Below, one piece after another: positions 33,768 through 37,248 of a stretch of 37,248 nucleotides of DNA. Under the pieces are notes generated by a model. The model was not told where the DNA came from and did not search any database. It saw nothing but the letters and a program-made list of their open reading frames with translations. How positions within the stretch are numbered: the stretch's first letter is position 1; each line of letters opens with the position of its first letter. The stretch comes from Intoshia linei (lineage: Eukaryota; Animalia; Orthonectida), in contig LWCA01000239.1 in NCBI GenBank assembly GCA_001642005.1, positions 1-37,248 of the forward strand, written 5' to 3'. Both the position numbers and the translations under genes were made by a program.

Positions 33768-36723
33768 TTAATTTAGGTTATTATTTTTCATATAATTTGT
33801 AAAAGAATTTTGATCCAATTCACCATTTTGAATCACTGGTTTTGGTTCTGGTTTTGATACACTTTTACACACATTTACAGTCATCATTTTGAACAGCTGA
33901 CTAATATAAAATATAATTTTTCATTAATTTAGACTTAATTTATGTTCTCGCTTCAAATTACAAGAAATTGGAAATTCAACAGATACGTGTGCTTTATTAC
34001 TCACAATGAGCACATTTGTTCCTAACAGGTGGAATATGATATCTATCTTGAATTTAATATGGAACATGATATAAAATGATCAAAGTAAATGTCTTTGCCG
34101 CAGGTGGTGCATCTTTTTTACTTAAAAGTTAAGCACCACGTGTATGACATAAATATAATATATCAATTTGATTTTTATGTAATTTGTATAAACAACAGTT
34201 AGCTCTACCGGGGCGAACTTTTTTAATTATACCAAAAAAATGAATACCAAAAAGCATTTTTGAACGTGAAGTCATCACTTTGTGAGATTAAAAATTTTAG
34301 ATAATAGTATAAGATTAGATAAATGTTTTTTAAGTTCTATGACTATTTTTATTTTTAAAAAAAATGTAATCTGGGATTTTGATTGTGAAAATGCACTCAT
34401 TTGAGGTTGTGATTTATGATAATGATTCTGATTTCAAAAAAGGATAATTTTTGGTTTTGATCATAAATGTGTGAGTTTCTGAGGCTGAGATTTATGATAA
34501 CGTTAATGATTTTAAAACGCGTCTCAGTTTATGGTTTTTTTAATTTTTGGGTTGATTTTATTTTTAAACAAAAAGGGCATATTACATTTTTGACCCTGAA
34601 GGACTTAAATTCAGAGACTGAAAAATAGATATCAACACCCCTGCGAAAAACGTATTAAATATCATAAATATATATAATGGATATTTAAATTCAACGACTG
34701 TCAATTTTTTAAATATACTATAACAGAAATTCCATTTTATTTATATAAAATGGATAATTATTAATTATAATAATTATTATAAGTAAAGCATAAAATATAT
34801 AATATGTATGTCTATATTCAAGGTTGGTTTTTTCAAAAATTTTAGATGAACTTCGTGATAAACGCAATGTTTTATGAAGGGAATTTATTAGTTTTTTAGT
34901 GAATTGGAAATATGGTTTTTTGCAAGTTGCAACGTTCTAGCTAGCAACGCGATTAAGGACTATTTTAATTTGATAAAAAAGGATAAATTGTGGTTTTGAC
35001 CCTGAAGATTTATTTTTTGAAATTAATATGTATGGTAATGTTTATGGTTTTAAAATCAGTATCAAAATGTATATTTTTATAATTTCTAGGATTCGTTTGA
35101 TTTTTAAAAAAAGGAAAATTGGGTTTTTGACCGATAAGATGTAAGTTTCTGTGTTGACTTTGAAAAATTTGACTTGGAATTTGTGTTTTTTAAAATTCTA
35201 GAACTCATAGTTAGTGAAATAAACAATAACACTCAGACACACCTATAAACAAAGAGTTTTATACACATAATATATGTAAGTAAGGATTACACGTAAGGCA
35301 TATTTGGATTTAAATATTGAGTTACTTTGGGTACATTGTCGCAAATGGAATTCCAAAAGTAATATCTAAATTAATCATTAATCAGTAATTATATTGTTCC
35401 TTTAATAATTATTAAAATTAACCCATTTAACGTAATGAAATTTTTTTTCTATTTATAGGAAATTTTAAATTAAAAGTATTATACATTTGGTACACATTAC
35501 TAAAGTGCTTTACAACCAGTTTCACTTGGAGAAACATCAATATAATACACATTTATATAAAAAAATAATGCACTAGTTTGACTGCTATGTATTACATACA
35601 AAGCTCTGAAGCTCTACAAAGCTACATAGCTCTGACGAGGGGACATTTTTATTCTACCAAAAAAATAAATTTACTTTGAAAATTTAACTTATTAATACTA
35701 CTATTCACTATTATCAATGCTTTAAAGAAGTCGTTTCCAAACTTGTATCAGGTGAAACCGTCATATCACATTACTTTTTAATTAAATTGAATTATTCCAT
35801 CTTCATTTTGTTTTGTTAACATTTGTGTAAAGAATTTTAAAAATAATTGTTATCCCATTTTTTTAATTTATTAGACATAATGTGTGTATAATATTAAAAA
35901 TAAAGTAAAAACAGTCCAATCCTAAAAATTGTCATAAATAGCATAAATTCCAAAAAAATAAAATTAGTTCAATCCTAAAAATTATTATAACAAGCATAAA
36001 TTCCGGAGAAAATAAAATTATAAAAACCTATTTTGTCATTTTCGATGTGTTAATATATATTCAGTACCAATTTAATAAATACTTAAAAATAACTATTATG
36101 TATCAATAATTAACGGAATCAGCTTTTATAATAAGTATCAGAGTGTATATTTTTTTAAATTCTCTAACTCGTTTGATTTTCAAAAAAAGGACAATTGGGT
36201 TTTGACTCGTAAAATGTGAATTTTGGAGGTTGAAATTTATCTTACTAGCACCTGAAAAAAAACTGTAATAGAAATGTTAACTTTGTAAAATTATAAGACT
36301 GGTAGTAATTGAAATAAACAATAACACACAGACAAACAAAGCATATTATATAAGTAAGGATTGTATCATAAATTTTCAAAAAGTTTCCATACCTGTTCTA
36401 AAATAAAATAAGCGAAAAAATGTCAGGGTCGCCGATGTATTTTTTTATTTGACGTGGGATCCTAGTCAACATACTTTTGGTTCTCCAAGGCATTTCGTTA
36501 ATACTAATATATTACCTTTTATCCAATTTAATTCCGGCATCAATATATCTAAAGAATAATAAATATCACAGTTCAATTTATAGAATTTTGAATTTTACTT
36601 TTCATCATCCAAATTTTCTAATGCTCTTTTTATCACACGAGCAAAACCTCCTTTTTGTATGTGCGCACCAAAAGAATAAACACTGAACAATGATAAGATT
36701 AGAATGACAAATTTCAAATGCAT
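33768..36723 (-). CDS. Putative secreted prepropeptide; exons 36723-36599 and 36548-36516 are well supported, downstream exons are uncertain (candidate terminal exon 33900-33768)
   Basis: Signal peptide MHLKFVILILSLFSVYSFG, then AHIQKGGFARVI-KR-ALENLDDEKYIDAGIKLD-K(R/S). There is a strong AG|GTAATA donor and several phase-compatible downstream acceptors. Confidence 0.55.
34355..36360 (+). repeat. Cluster of a dispersed repeat family with core AAAAAAGGA(T/C)AATT..GGTTTTGACCCTGAAG
   Basis: Degenerate copies at ~34358, 34436, 34570, 34975, 35106 and 36182. Segment 35090-35290 is duplicated at 36165-36362. Confidence 0.75.
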
Positions 36724-37033
36724 TGAAAATTATTATATATAAAATGTACTCCAAAACTATAAATAATTGAATAATTATGATATTGATTATTATCTAAATT
36801 ACATATATTAATTAATATACATATAAAATTTCATAAGAATATGATAATGTGATTTACCTGCGCAAATTATTATAATAATTTATGTATGCATTAATATAAA
36901 TAATATTATTTAAATATTGTGACACTAATTAACACTTGAATTACATATATTTGTATATACAAGTTTACAAATACAATACATACACATTTAAAATATAAAC
37001 TTAAAAAAATGAACCACATCATACTATTTAGAC

Positions 37034-37248
37034 CAGAGGTGCAAACCTTTCCATCAATTCAGCCGCAAAGCTAGTTGACTCATTGATACTATGGCCGCAC
37101 AAAATTTAATTTGACATTGATAGTTTAAATCAATTTTGATAAAAATTTTCCCTTGAATTTGAAGTAAAATGATATATTGCATTATACTGCGTTTTAAGTT
37201 ATTATGCAAACATTAAAAACATTAATAATTTAAAAAGTAGTTACTTAA
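37034..37248. mobile_element. Left end of a hAT/Buster-type element running off the window
   Basis: CAGAGGTGCAAACC TIR-like start preceded by an nnnTAnnn target (atttagac); gccgca subterminal repeats. Confidence 0.55.

Noticed and set aside
36477-36686. 69-aa plus-strand ORF
   Set aside because: Antisense to the signal-peptide-bearing spliced gene.

Overview
Very AT-rich, intron-containing eukaryotic (animal) genomic DNA. Divergent proteins and 30-70 nt introns resemble a compact parasitic invertebrate such as an orthonectid; the taxon is an inference. The ORF track misses most genes because exons are short, so I spliced them by hand using GT-AG sites and frame continuity. From left to right: SPCS2 (-), BRF2 (+), POMP (+), a DOK/GAB-like PH-domain gene (-), a ZDHHC1/11-type palmitoyltransferase (-), an unrecognised 7-exon gene (-), MRPL17 (+), a tentative small single-pass membrane protein (+), a Lys-rich SLX9-like gene (+), a 13-exon MyRIP-type Rab-binding/FYVE_2 gene with two Ig I-set domains (+), an intronless PLAC8-family gene (-) and a putative secreted prepropeptide gene (-). 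Genes are tightly packed: 103-213 bp bidirectional promoters, and one pair of stop codons apparently 3 bp apart. The long introns and larger spacers are filled with decayed and nested DNA transposons (hAT/Buster, MULE-, piggyBac- and pogo-like elements) and a dispersed repeat family. No rRNA, intact tRNA or CRISPR array was seen.
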